Assembly (NCBI RefSeq): GCF_030028105.1
Contig: NC_092395.1
Span: 43,366,459-43,430,458, forward strand
From: Mobula birostris
Taxonomy: Eukaryota
Direction: 5' to 3'
Length of the DNA stretch: 64,000 bases
Shown: positions 13,215-26,198 of the stretch, piece by piece
Layout of the letters: each line of letters opens with the position of its first letter
Position numbering within the stretch: position 1 is the stretch's first letter
Made by a program: the position numbers and the translations under genes
Notes under the pieces: model-generated
Told to the model about the DNA's origin: nothing
Databases searched by the model: none
Seen by the model: the letters and a program-made list of their open reading frames with translations, nothing else

Positions 13215-15340
13215 ACGTCCGCCGTCCTCCCCATCTCTCCTCCGACTCCTCGTCTCTTCTCCGACTCCCCGCCTCCACTGTCCACCCCGTCTCCCCTCTG
13301 ACTCCCCATCTCTCCTCCATCCTCCGTCTCTCCTCCGACTCCCCGTCTCTCCTCCGACTCCCCGTCTCTCCCCCGACTCCCTGTCTCTCCTCTGACTCCC
13401 CGTCTCTCCTCTGACTCCCCGTCTCTCCTCTGACTCCCTGTCTCTCCCCTGACTCCCCGTCACTCCACCATCCTCCCCGTCTCTCCACCGTCATCCCTGT
13501 CTCTCCTCCGACTCCCCGTCTCTCCTCCGAACCCCCGTCTCTCCTCCGACTCCCCGTCTCTCCTCCGACTCCCTGTCTCTCTTCCGACTCCCCGTCTCTC
13601 CTCCATCCTCCCCCTCTCCTCCGACTCCCCGCCAAAACCCTGTCCACCGTCATCCCCGTCTCTCCTCTGTGACGAAAGAGGGTTGCAAAAGTACACATAG
13701 ACTAAGATGTTAACTGACCTGTGCTAGCACCAGTGGGATCACCAGTTGATCTGACACCTGCCTTCAGGAGAGAGAGATAAGTAAGACAATGGAGCAGCAT
13801 TTGGAAATGTTAATGAAGAGATGAGAGAGTTTAATGGAAGGAGACACCGGTCTGAGTATTGTCAAGACCGGCTCCTTTTGAACCCTGAACTGTTTGAAGT
13901 GTGATGGACAAGCGATACCCCAGCAGGGGGATAAAAAGGGGTAGGTTCGCTAAGACAACACACACGACACCACGAGGTAACGAGACCCTGGAAGCGGTGC
14001 GCCCCCACAAGTCGGTGGGAGTTTTGGAGGTTTGGTCGCGGGACCAGCCATAGACACATAGAGTGGAAAGATATGGTCGGCGGGAACCTGGTGTGTGTCC
14101 GCCCTTGCCTGGGTGCCGGGTTCACCGCTGAAGAATGATCGTGTCTGGAACGGAGGGGTCACAGTCGGTGACCTCAGAAGACATTACAAAGGGCTCGCCC
14201 GAGGGCTAACTGCGAGGAATATCGAAGGTCTGTTTGGAATCCGATTTGCATATTCATTCGTTCTCTCTCTCTCTCTCCAACGGCACGACGGTGGTTACTG
14301 CGAACTGAACTCTGTCACTTGTGATTGAACATTTTGCTCCTAGTCTGTGATAGAGCTGATTGACCCTGTTATCCTAGTTCTGTGTACATGTGTGTTTATT
14401 CATTGCTAACCTGTTGCATTTGTATCCTTCCTATTGGAGTACTGTGTTGCTTGTTTCTTTAATAAAACTTTCTTGGTTCCAGTAATCTAGACTCCAACTG
14501 AGTGGTCCATTTCTGCTGGTTTGGCGGCCCAGTTACGGGGTACGTAACACTTCCGACTCCCCGTCTCTCCTCCGACTCCCTGTCTCCCCTCTGACTCCCC
14601 GTCTCCCCTCTGACTCACTGCCAATACCCTGTCCACCGTCCTCCCCGTCTCTCCTCCCACCCCCGTCTCTCCTCCATCCTCCCCGTCTCTCCTCTGACTC
14701 CCCATCTCTCCTCTATCCTCCCCGTCTCACCTCCGACTCCCCGTCTCACCTCCGACTCCCCGTCTCTCCACCGTCCTCTTCGTCTCTCCCCCGACTCCTC
14801 GTCTCTCCTCCGACTCCCCGTCTCTCCACCATCCTCCCCGTCTCTCCCCCGACTCCTCATCTCTCCTCCAATTCCCCGTCTCTCCTCTGACTCCCTATCT
14901 CTCCACTGACTCCCTTCTCTCCTCCGTCCTCCCCGTCTCTCCTCCGTCCTCCCCGTCTCTCCTCCGTCCTCCCCGTCTCTCCTCCGACTCCCCGTCTCTC
15001 CACCATCCTCCTCGTCTCTCCCCCGACTCCTCGTCTCTCCCCTGACTCCCTGTCTCTCCTCCGACTCCCCGTCTCTCCACCATCTTCCCCGTCTCTCCCC
15101 CGACTCCTCGTCTCTCCTCCGACTCCCCATCTCTCCACTGACTCCCCTTCTCTCCTCCATCCTTCTCGTCTCTCCTCTGACTCCCCGTCTCTCCTCCGTC
15201 CTCCCCGTCTCACCTCCGACTCCCCGTCTCTCCACCGTCCTCGTCTCTCCCCCGACTCCTCGTCTCTCCCCCGACTCCCCATCTCTCCACTGACTCCCCT
15301 TCTCTCCTCCGTCCTCCCTGTCTCTCCTCCGACTCCTCGC
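13215..15340. repeat. 19-20 bp minisatellite (CCGACTCCCCGTCTCTCCT)n inside the 3' LTR, split by a nested solo LTR
   Basis: About 60 imperfect units in blocks 13215-13667 and 14550-15340. Confidence 0.95.
13668..14549. mobile_element. Solo LTR (family S, copy 1) nested in the minisatellite
   Basis: TGTGACG...GGGGTACGTAACA; 4-bp TSD CCTC/CTTC; homologous to 36787-37618 and 62747-63692. Confidence 0.9.
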
Positions 15341-15575
15341 CAAAACCCAGCCCACAGTCATATCATACAGCATGGTATCCGAAAACAAAATGATACATAA
15401 CCACCCATTGGCTAATAGAAGGCGACTATCTCACTTTAAAGTAAAACAAACTGCTAGCGCAAACTGTCTTCAGCGTTTAACACAACAAAGCCGCATTCCC
15501 CAGATTAACATAACAAAGTCGCCATTTTAACTCTACAAAAAGAAAGACCCCGTACTCTCCCCCCACCACAAAAAG

Positions 15576-16520
15576 TCATGCCCTCATGACGTAACCATAG
15601 TTCACCAGTGCTCTTTGTAAAACACAAAACCCAACCCAGGTGCATAAAACAGTGACATAACTTTCCAGGGCAGTAGAGATCACACCCTGCTCTCCCGGCG
15701 CTATATAAGTTAGTCTTTCCGGAGGATGCCTACTCCTCTGAGGCCTCTGTACTTCTTCTGCTGACTCTTCCTGTTCAGACACCCCAGGTGACCCCCCCCC
15801 CCGGCCTATCTGTCAGACCTTCCCCCTCACCGGGATCCCTCTGCCTCTGTGAACCCTCTGGCTCGGATTCTGCCTCCACCCGCTCCTCCCCCAATCCCGG
15901 CTGTACTACAGGCGGCTCTGCAACACCCTCCCTCGGTTCCCCTAACTCAGTGATGGAAGGGCCAGGAGTCTCTTCTCCCGGCACTGGGGAATCAGCGAAC
16001 GGAAGCAGGTAGAACACGTCCGAATCATCATCTTCCGATGACGTATCCCTTCTCGAGGTGAGGACCGGCCCCGTCTTCTTCGCAGCGGGCTCCCCCTCGC
16101 CCCGCGCCCTCGCAGAGTCCTCGTACTAGGCGTAAACTCCCATTCGGGCTCTGGGTCCATCTTCACCTCGCGACCCGGAGGTAACAGGTCGTTCAGATGG
16201 AGTACCTTGACAGGCCCCTGCCCGCCCTTAGGTCTCACCCGGTAAACCGGGAGATTCGGCATCTGACTCTCCACCACATAGGGGGTGGCTGCCCAATGGT
16301 CCGCCAACTTGTGTTTACCCGGTAGTCCTAAATTCCGGATAAGGACTCGGTCTCCCGGCAATAGCTCGACGAACGTTACTTTCTGATCATACCCCTTTTT
16401 ATTCCGCTGGTTCTGCTTGGTGGCTGCCGCCTCAGCCAACTCGTACGCCCTTTTCAACTCTCTCCTCTCGATACGGCCCCCCGGGGACCCCTTGGATTTA
16501 TCTGATCTCACCCCGGCTAA
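15576..16520 (-). pseudogene. C-terminal part of Gypsy integrase (frameshifted)
   Basis: RELKRAYELA..NKKGYD..LLPGDRVLIRN..GKHKLADHW..PYVV..PVYRVRP; RPQRSRHPPERLTY. Confidence 0.8.
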
Positions 16521-16606
16521 CACCTCCTGAACCGCTGAAGACCGTCCCTGAGGGTCCGAGCCCCCTGGTCGGCCCAAAGCACACTCCTCGGCCCGTACCT
16601 CTCGGA

Positions 16607-17579
16607 TCAGCTGTCCGAATGATGGGGGGGGGGGAGGGGGGTCCACTTAAATGACTGCCGTACACTCCAAGCCACCCTGTCATCCTCCCAGGAACCGCTA
16701 CATATCTGGTTCATTCTTAACTTCGCCACTTCGTCCTCCCTCACTACCCCTCGTCGCAGCAACCCCGTAAGCTTTCCTTCCGGCCGGAAAACATAGTCTG
16801 AGAGCTTTTCCCCTCTTCCCTGCCCCATCCGTTGAAACTCCGCTAAATGTTTCCAGGGATCTCCTGACAGTCCAAACACTTCCTCCAAAGCGTCCAAACA
16901 CTCCGCTAGGGAAGCCAAGGGGCGCGCCGCTCTCAGATCGCGGACCACACGGGCCGCCCCGTCCCTTAAGCTTTCCACCAATCGCTGTCTCTTTTCCTCA
17001 TCCGAAACTGGCCACACCTCTAACAGCTGGAATGTATCCTCAACCCAGGTTTCATATTCTTCCTCCCCTTCCGGGGTGGGCCTGGCTCCCGAGAAAATTC
17101 TCAGCTTCGGCCGGAGCCCCTCATCCCTTCTCGCCAGGGAGGTAATGGCAGCCGTTAACTCGGCAGTCTCATCACGCCCATGGGGGCGGGGCCTGGCCAA
17201 ACCTTCGCTCTCCACACCCCTTGCTACTGGCACCTCCCCCCCCGGGGGCCTTATCTAGCTCCTCCTCCGGCACCTCCTCACTTGCGTCCTCGGGGAGGGT
17301 GTGGAGACCCCACGGCCCCGCCTCCGCCTGGACGTGGACTGTCGCTGGTAGCTCCAACGTCATGACGTCGGCACTCGTCCGCACCAACATCCAACTGGAC
17401 TCCAGTTCTTTCCCACACCTTCCAGCTATAAGTTCTACCTGACAGATACCTTTAATCAGACTCAACCCTCGCACCAGTACATCTGCCGGAATGCGATAAT
17501 CGACCCCACTTAACACGCACGCATGATTCACCGGTACCTCCTCTGATTCACACCAATTTACAATCTTATCTCGATCCAT
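16607..17579 (-). pseudogene. PNMA-like Gypsy gag (frameshifted)
   Basis: MDRDKIVNWCESEEV..HACVLSGV; KLRIFSG..GEEEYETWVE..EKRQRLVESLRDGA..LEEVFG, typical of PNMA/Gypsy capsid. Confidence 0.85.
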
Positions 17580-17629
17580 CTTCACACCACTTAACGCAAC
17601 GACTAGTACAACTTTCCCGAAAAGTCCAA

Positions 17630-17649
17630 ATCCAGGACGGTAGCCCCCA
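17630..17649 (-). promoter_or_regulatory. Primer-binding site, tRNA-Pro-like
   Basis: TGGGGGCTACCGTCCTGGAT starting 2 nt after the 5' LTR end; resembles the tRNA-Pro PBS TGGGGGCTCGTCCGGGAT. Confidence 0.75.
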
Positions 17650-18651
17650 CTTGTAACGATCCGTTATATTGACTCGTGCATGTCTAGGGGAAATCCCGTG
17701 CAGCACCTGCTTCAACACTCCCCTCAGGGTCAGTCGCAGCCCGAATCAATCCCAAACATCAATCATCAGCCAGCACACCTAGTAAATTTTAACAAATACA
17801 CTTTATAGATATTACTAATTCTATGACATTAATAGGAATTTGATACAGAGAGGAAAGTAATGGGAAAAAAAGGCGCCAACACTTATCAAAGTCCAAGTTC
17901 TTCGCGCGCTACCGTTGGAGCTCAATCGATTCCTGACGACCACCCGGATCCTGTCAAGTCACGGCTCGGGACCACCGGGAGTGATCGACCGGAGCTGTTC
18001 CGCACGTCCACCATCCTCCTAGTCTCTCCTCCGACGCCCTGTCTCTCCTCCGACTCCCCGCCAAAACTCAGTCCACAGTCATATCATACAGCATGGTATC
18101 CGAAAACAAAATGATACATAACCACCCATTGGCTAATAGAAGGCGGCTATCTCACTTTAAAGCAAAACAAACTGCTAGCGCAAACTCTCTTCAACGTTTA
18201 ACACAACAAAGCCGCATTCCCCAGATTAACATAACAAAGTCGCCATTTCAACTCTACAATAAGAAAGACCCCGTACAAAGAGAAGGATGTAAAAGACAGG
18301 AAATTGGAAGCTAGTTAGTCTGAATTCGGTGGCTGGCAAGGTGTTAGATTCCATTCTTCAGCGTGAGGTTTTGGGGTACTTGGAGACACATGATAAAACA
18401 GGCTAAAATCAGCATTGTTTCCTGAATGGGAAATCTTGCCAGAAAATTCTGTTGGAATTCTTTGAGGATGTAACAGGTAGGATCAACAAAGGAGAATCAG
18501 TGTATGTTTTTACTTGAATTTTCAGAGGGCTTTGACAAGTTGCCATACTTGAGGTTCCTGGAATGAGCTTCCAGGTGTAGTGAAGGAAGCAGATATGATA
18601 TTCACATTTGAGAGGCTTTTAGATAGACATGGAAATGAAAGGATTGGAGAC

Positions 18652-20945
18652 ATAGAAACAGAAACCCTACAGCACAGTACAGGCCCTTCAACCCACAACG
18701 CTGTGCTGAGCGTAATATTTTAGAAATTACCTTGAGTTACCCATAGCTCTGTATTTTTCTAAGGTACACGTACCTATCCAGGAGCCTCTTAAAAGACCCT
18801 ATTATATCCACCTCCAAAACTGTTGCTGGCAGCCCATTCCACGCACCCACCACTCTTTGCGTAAAAAACTTACCACTGACGTCCCCTCTGTATCTACTTC
18901 CAAGCACCTTAAAACTGTGCCCTCTTGTGTCAGCCATTTCAGCCCTGGGAAAAAGCCTCTACCTATCCACACCATCAATGCCGCTCATCCTCTTATACAC
19001 CTCCATCAGGCCACCACACATTCTCCATCGCTGCAAGGAGAAAAGGCCAAGTTCACTCAACCTATTCTCATAAGGCATGCTCCCCAATCCAGGCAATATC
19101 CTTGCAAATCTCTTCTGCACACTTTCTAGTTTCCACATCCTTCCTGTAGTGAGGTGACCAGAACTGAGCACAGTACTCCAAGTGGGGTTTGACCAGGGTC
19201 CTATATAGCTGTAACATTACTTACCGGCTCTTGAACTCAATCCCACAATTGATGAAGGCCAATGCACCGTATGCCTTCTTAACCACAGAGCCAACCTGCG
19301 CAGCTGCTTTGAATATCCTATGGACACAGACCCCAAGATCCCTCTGATCCTCCACATTGCCAAGAGTCTTACCATTAATACTATATTCTTCCATCTTATT
19401 TGACCTACCAAAACAAACCACCTCACACTTATCTGGGTTGATATCCATCTGCCAGTTCTCAGTCCAGTTTTGCATCCGATCAATGTGCTGCTGTAAACTC
19501 TAACAACCCTCCACACTATCCATAACACCCCAAACATTTTTGTCATCAGCAAATTTACTGACCTATCCCTCCACTTCCTCATCCAGTTCATTTATAAAAA
19601 TCACAAAGAGAAGGTGTCCTAGAACAGATCCTTGTGGCGCACAACTGGTCACGAACCTCCATGCAGGATATGACCCACCTGCAACCACACTTTGTGTTCT
19701 GTAGGCATACCAATTCTGGATCCACAAAGCAAGGTCTCCTTGGATCACATCCCTCTTTACTTTCTCAATTAGCCTTGCATGGGGTACCTTACCAAACGCC
19801 TTGCTGAAATCCATATATACAACACCTACAGCTCTACCTTCAATGTGTTTAGTCACATCCTCAAAAAATTCAATTAGCCTCATAAGCCACAACCTGCCTT
19901 TGACAAAGCCATGCTAAATATTCCTAATCATATTATACCTCTCCAAATATTCATAAATTCTGCCTCTCAGTATCTTCTCCATTAACTTACCAACCACTGA
20001 AGTAAGCCTATAATTTCCTGGGCTATCTCTTCTCCCTTTCTTGAATAAGAGAACACATCTGCAACCCTTCAATCCTTTGGAACCTCTCCTGTCCCCATTA
20101 ATGATGTAGAGATCATTGCCAGAGGCTCAGCAATCTCCTCCCTCACCTCCCACAGTAGACTGGGGTACATCTCACCTGGTCCTGATGACTTATCCAACTT
20201 GATGTTTTCCAAAAGCTCTGGCAGATCCTGTTTCTTAACATCTATATGTTCAAGCTTTTCAGTCTGCTGTAAGTCATCCCTACAATTGCCAAGGTACTTT
20301 TTTGTGGTGAATACTGAGGCAAAGTATCCATTAAGTAACTCAGCTATCTCCTCCGGTTCTGTACAGACTTTCCCACTGTCACACTTAATTGGTCCTGTTC
20401 TCTCACCCCTTATCCTCTTGCTCTTCACATACTTGTAGAATGCCTTGCAATTTTCCTTAATCTTGCTCACCAAGGCCTTCTCATGGCCCCTGCTTGCTCT
20501 CCTAATTTCATTGTTAAGCTCCTTATTGCTTGCCTTATAATTTTCTGGATCTCTATCATTACCGAATTTTTTGACCCTTTCGTAAGCTTCTCTTTTCTTC
20601 TTGACTAGATTTTCAACAATCTTTGTACACCACAGTTCCTGTACCCGACCATCCTTTCCCTGTCTCATTGGAACCTACCTATGCAGAAAGCCACGCAAAT
20701 ATCCCCTGAACAATTGCCACGTTTCTGCTGGACATTTCTCTAAGAACATCTGTTCCTAATTTATATTTTCAAGTCCCTGCCTGATAGCTTCATATTTCCC
20801 CTTACTCCAATTAAACATTTTCCTTACTTATCTGTTCCTAACCTTCTCCAATGCTATGGTAAAGGAGATAGAATTGTGATCACTATCTCGAAAAGCCTCT
20901 CCCACTGAGAGATCTGACACCTGACCAGGTTCATTTCCCAATGCC
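18652..20945 (-). mobile_element. 5'-truncated, decayed CR1 LINE
   Basis: KAFYKYVKSKR, EEIAEPLAMI, CAPQGSVLGHLLF, INPDKCEVV; ATAGAAAC-type tail at 18652. Confidence 0.9.
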
Positions 20946-21014
20946 AGACCACTGAATGGCGGGGCAGGTTCGATGGGCCGGATGGCCTGCTCCATGGTTC
21001 TTATGTTCTTATAT

Positions 21015-22400
21015 TCAGGCCATCTGGCCCATCGAGCCTGCTCTACCATTCAATCAAAATCAAGGCTGACCTGACCGTGGACTTATCTCCACTTAAATGC
21101 CATTTGCCCAAAACCCTTAATAATGCAAACTTCTATCAAACCTTGTCTTACTGAGGTAACCTACACTGCTTCATTGGGCAGAGAATTTACTCCCCCCAAA
21201 TCCTGAGCCTAGGTCTCCTAGTTCTACTCTCACCTACCAGTGGAAGCAACTTTCTTTCCACAATCTTAACTCCCTTTCAAAATTTTATATTTTCCTATGA
21301 GATCTCCTCTCCATCTTCTGAGTTCCAGTGAGTACTGTCCCAAGCAATTCAATCTCTCCTCATAGTCTAATCCCCTCATCTATGGAATCAACCTCGTGAA
21401 CCTCCTATGCATCACTTCCAAACCCAGTACATCCTTCCACAAGTAAGGAGACCAGACCTCCATGCAGTACTCCACATGCGGCCTCACCAGTACCCTGTAT
21501 AGTTGCAGCATAACCTCCCTGCTCTTAATTTCAATCCCTCTACCAGTGATGGACATCATTCCATTTGCCTTCTTGATAGCCTGCTGCACCTGCAAGCCAA
21601 GCTTTTGTGATTCATGCAAAAGCCATCCCAAATCCCTCTGCACAGCAGCATGCTGCAATCTGTTACCATTTAAATAATAATCTGATCTTCCATTTCTCCT
21701 ACCAAAGTGGATGACCTCGCATTTACCAACATTGTACTCCATTTGCCAGACACTTGCCGCTCACTTATCTTATCTATATTTCTCTGCAAGCTCTCTGTAT
21801 CCACTGAATGATTTGCTTTTCTGCTCAATTTAGCATCAGTAGTCAACTTAGATACACTACACTCTGTCCCTTCTTCCAGAGCATTAATCTATATCGTGAA
21901 CAGTTATGGGCCCCCAGCCAGTGCAGCACACCACTCATCACTGATTGCCAACCAGAGAAACACTTATGTATGCCAACTCTCTGCTCCCTATTAGTTACCC
22001 AATCCTCTATCCATGTTAAAATATCACCCCCAACTCTATACATCATTATCTCATAGATAAGTCTTTTATGTGGCACCTTATCGAATGCATTCTGGAAATC
22101 GAAGTAAATAACATCCAACTGCTCCCCTCTATCCACTGAACTGTTTTTCCCTCAAAGAACTCCAGTAAGTTTGTCAAACAGGACCTGCCTTTGCTGAATC
22201 CATGCTGTACCCTGCATGATGGATCCATTTCATTCAACATGCCTTGTTATTGCTTCATTAATGATAGTTTCAAGTATTTTCCCAACTACAGATGTTAAAC
22301 CAACTGCCGTCCAGTTACCTGCCTTTCGCCTGTATCCTTTTTTGAACAGTGGCATGACATTCACCTTCTTCCACTCTGCCAGAGCCTGCCCACAGTCCAG
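21015..22400 (-). mobile_element. 5'-truncated, decayed CR1 LINE
   Basis: QHGFSKGRSCLTNLLEFFE, DFQNAFDKVPH, YNVGKCEVIHFGRRN, RPHVEYCMEVWSP. Confidence 0.9.
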
Positions 22401-22404
22401 TTTC

Positions 22405-23140
22405 TCATTCAGTCAGTTTATGCATTCGTTTTGTTTTGAGTTTGAAACTTTTCCCTCTGTGTGGTTTATCTCTTTGATTGTGCTTTTTGTCTGACTTTCA
22501 GACTCTCCCTATGTGGCCTTGTCTGTGACACTTTCTGCACACATTTTTTTTGAACCAACAGCAGTTTGCATCATAGGACGATTTGCCACATGGATAACAT
22601 TTTTGGCTTTTTGCATCAGTCAGAACATTTTGTACGTTTCACATTCTAAAATCTTTTTTCTGTAGTTCTGATGCATCCTTTGCTGCAGTCTCTAGTGATA
22701 TTGCAATGGTCAATGACCATTGTAAGTTGAGGTCTCTTTCTGACAGTAGCCTCTTTTGTGTACTCTGACTATGCATGCTACTTACAAGACTGTCCCTTAA
22801 TACATCAGAAAGTCCATGTCTAAAGTCACCATTTTGAGAAAGTTTGTGCAGTTCTGCAATGCATACAGAAATTCTTTCAACCTTTGACAGGTTGCTTTAC
22901 TGAAATTCAAATCTCCCAGCTGTTACTAGCGGATTTGGGCTCATGCGATTTTGTGAAATGCAGCAATTTTTTTGACTGTCTTACTGGCTGGCTTTTCAGG
23001 AGTTACTAAGTTGAGTAAGAGACTGTACGTTGTAGCACCCATTAAGTTAAGACATCTGGAGACTTTCTTTACCTCATCCACATTGTTAGCATTACTATAC
23101 AGTTCAATGCTGTCACTATATGATTTCCAGTCCTTATGAG
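22405..23140 (-). mobile_element. Degenerate Ty3/Gypsy gag with zinc-knuckle remnants
   Basis: With frameshifts: ANNVDEVKK..LMGATTYSLL.NLVTPEKPASK..LSERDL..ETAAKDA..C..CGKSSYDANCCWFKK..CRKCHRQGHI. Confidence 0.7.
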
Positions 23141-23149
23141 CACTATGAA

Positions 23150-25385
23150 ATTAGTCAACTTTCCCCACTGAGGCCATCGTCATGTTATTTTTTACGTTAG
23201 CTTCGCTGGTTGTGGGTCAGGTTTTCCATTCTTGGAACCTGGGTGGAAGGACAGAGTAAAATTGAATCTTGAGAAAAACAGGGACCAACGAGCTTGACGG
23301 GAGTTGAGACGCTTGGCAGTACAGATATATTTCAGATTCTTATGATCAGTCCAGACTAAGAATGGCACCTTTGCTCCCTCCTGCCAATGTCTCCACTCCT
23401 CCAGAGCTAGCTTCACAGCCAGCAGTTCTGGGTTTCTGACATCGTAATTCCGCTCTGTGGGAGCGAGGCGGTGAGAGAAGAGGGCGCAGGGTTGTACCTT
23501 CTCATCCTTGGCCGAGCACTGAGATACAACAGCTCTTACGGCGATGTCAGACGCATCCACCTCCACAATGTACTGCCGGTCGGTGTCGGGTTATATCAGG
23601 ATGGGGATAGAGTGGAAGCTTTCCTTCAGGTCAGAGAATGCTTTTTCAGCAGCAGGGGACCAGGAGAATCGGACAGCAGATGAGGTACGATCAGTGAGTG
23701 GTGCAGCCAGTGTACTGTCATTTCTGATGAAGCGGCGATAGAAGTTAACAAAGCACAAGGAGCATTGCCACTCATGACGGGTTGAAGGTTGGGGCCATTC
23801 GACCACCGCCTTAGCCTTCTGTTGTTACATCTGAATGGAACTGTCTGAAATTACATACCCCAGGAGACAGTATTGCGATGAAACTCACATTTTTCAGTCT
23901 TCACAAAGAGCTGGTTCTGCAGAAGGCGCTGGAGAACTCCATGGACATGACCTTTGTGTTCAGCAAGGGACTTAGAAAAAATCGAAATGTCGTCGAGATA
24001 CACAATAACAAATTGTTTCAGCCTGTCCCTGAGAACGCCATTTACCAGGGCTTGGATGACACCGGGTCACTGGTGAGACTGAATGACATGATTACAAACT
24101 CGGAATGGCCTGAGGCGGTGTTGAAGGCCATCTTCCACTCGTCCCCTTCGCAGATGCGGACCAGATGGTAGGCGTTACAGAGTTCAAGCTTGTTGAAAAC
24201 TGAGACTCCTTGCAGTAGTAAAAATGCCGAGATCAAGAGCGGAAGAGGGCAACGGTTTTTAACAGTGACTTATTTCAGTCCCCGGTAATCAATAAATGGA
24301 TGCAAGGAGCCGGAATTGTAGATGGGGGAAAATGGCAAGGCAATGTAGACTGACGAGGAGCTTGGAGCTCACTCAGTGTCCCCAGGGACCCTTTGGAACC
24401 CCTCCCTTTGAGGTGTTGCTGAAGGCGAACATCAATACGGATGGCCAAATCCACCAGGGCTTCAAAGGTGGCAGGAACGTGCTGGGTGACCAGCTCATCT
24501 TTGACGTCATCGGAGAGGCCATTCAGGAAGGTATCATAATGTGCCTCCGAGTTCCAGCCGCTGGAATTGGCCAGGGTCCGGAACCCTCTGGTGTAATCTG
24601 ACACGGATCTGCGCTCCTGGAGCATGAGCAGGATTTCACGGGCAGCGAGAACACAGAGGGCGGGGCGGAAAATGCAGTCGCAGAATGTTGATAGAGTGAC
24701 TGAATCTGGGCCACAAGATCGGCTACATTGGCAGAAAGCGACTCCACTGACCTGAACATCGAGTGCAGCTGGTTCTGGTGCCTACCCAGCTTCACTCCCT
24801 GTTGTTCCAGGACAGCTCTCAGACGACCGGGGTCCGCTGGATCCGTTCTTAGCCAGATTGTACTGTCAGGGCGCTAAAGCAGAGACCCAATCGTAGACCA
24901 AGTACTGTGCGCACTGTAATATTTACTGAGTAGCAAATCCAGAGGAGCAACAGAGTCTACGTCAAGGTTCAGGCAGAGATCAAAAATTCCAGAGAAATTC
25001 AAAAACGAGAATCGGGAAACAGGCAGAGTCGATATTCGGATGGACAGAGTATGGATACGAATGCCAGGAAGGTTCAGGAAAACTCAGTGGCACAATCTAG
25101 CAACAAACAGATGAAAACACAGGACTAAAATATACTGAGCAATAAACGCGGATGCAGATGGTAGGCAGACACAATGAGACAGAATTGGCTGCAAAAAAAA
25201 AGGTAATAATGAGAAATAGGCGAGAGGCGGCGTACTCAGTAATACAGGGTCCGGAGTAGAGCAGGAACGGGCCAGGAACACATGGGGGAATGAAAAGAAA
25301 CAAGAGCACATGGCAATAGAAAACCACAGACTGACGGCTGGGGGAAAACACACATAAAGACAAAGTTCAGCTGGAGGTACTGACA
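23150..25385 (-). mobile_element. Truncated sushi/PEG10-like Ty3/Gypsy element: LTR 24864-25385, gag, RT and RNase H remnants
   Basis: LTR TGTCA...TGACA; gag RSVSDYTRGFRTLANSSGWN; RT NAYHLVRICEGDEWK, VYLDD near 23990-24001; RNase [26 protein letters not shown]. Confidence 0.9.
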
Positions 25386-26067
25386 GAAAGGCACACAGTC
25401 GGAGAACTTAACGTGTCTGTTCATCTTGCAGAGAGAGCAACAAATCAATGCTTATGCATAATTTATCAGTCAATAATTAATGCTAAGGGGAGTCATTGCG
25501 CTGAATGAAATAGACTCATTACATTAGAGATGTAATCTGTAAGGACGCTGTATGTCCGCCAAGAGGCGTTCAAGGTTCGAGGTACATTTATTATCAAAAC
25601 ATGTATGCAGAATACAACACTGAGATTTGTCTTCGCTAGGCAGCCGTGAAACAAACAAAACATTGGGACCGTTCGAAGAAAAACATCAATGCTCCTCCAC
25701 ACCACCCCTCTCCATTTACAAAAAAATGAACAAATCATACTAATGGCAACAAGAGAACATCAACCCCACCCCCCCACTCCCACGCACAAAAATTAAATGT
25801 TGCAAATGGCACCGAGAACAAAATAAACCAAACAAATTACGTAAATAGTAACAAGACAGAACGGGCGTAAACGCAGAATATAAAATATGAAACTGAAAGA
25901 ATCGAAATGAACTACCGTCCAATTCATAAATCCCTGACACAGAACTACGGTATCATTCAAACACAGCGACCTTCCCTCAGGAGCGGTGATGGAGAGATGG
26001 TCACATGCAGACACCTTCTCTAGCAGCAGCGAGTGAGAGGCTGCTAGACGGCGGTGAACACTCTCAC

Positions 26068-26198
26068 ACATTCAGGGTGCTCCATTTTCCACTCAGTCTA
26101 AAGATGTGCAGGTTCTAATCAAGATTCTGCAAAACCTGGGCCTCCGCACCTCGCTCTGCAACTGGAATCTTGTCTTCCTCACCGGAAGACCACAGTCT
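26068..26198 (+). mobile_element. Short Rex1/Babar-like LINE RT fragment
   Basis: LQNLGLRTSLCNWNLVFLTGRPQS motif. Confidence 0.55.

Larger units (their letters stand above)
12862..18277 (-). mobile_element. Internally deleted (non-autonomous) Ty3/Gypsy element with PNMA-like gag
   Basis: Two LTRs (17652-18277 and 12862-15556, about 94% identical in the unique part by eye), 4-bp TSD AAGA (12858-12861, 18278-18281), PBS, PPT GGTGGGGGGAG at 15557-15567. Confidence 0.92.

Noticed and set aside
13117-15388. Long Arg/Gly/Glu-rich ORFs in the ORF track
   Set aside because: Translations of the 19-bp minisatellite, not genes.
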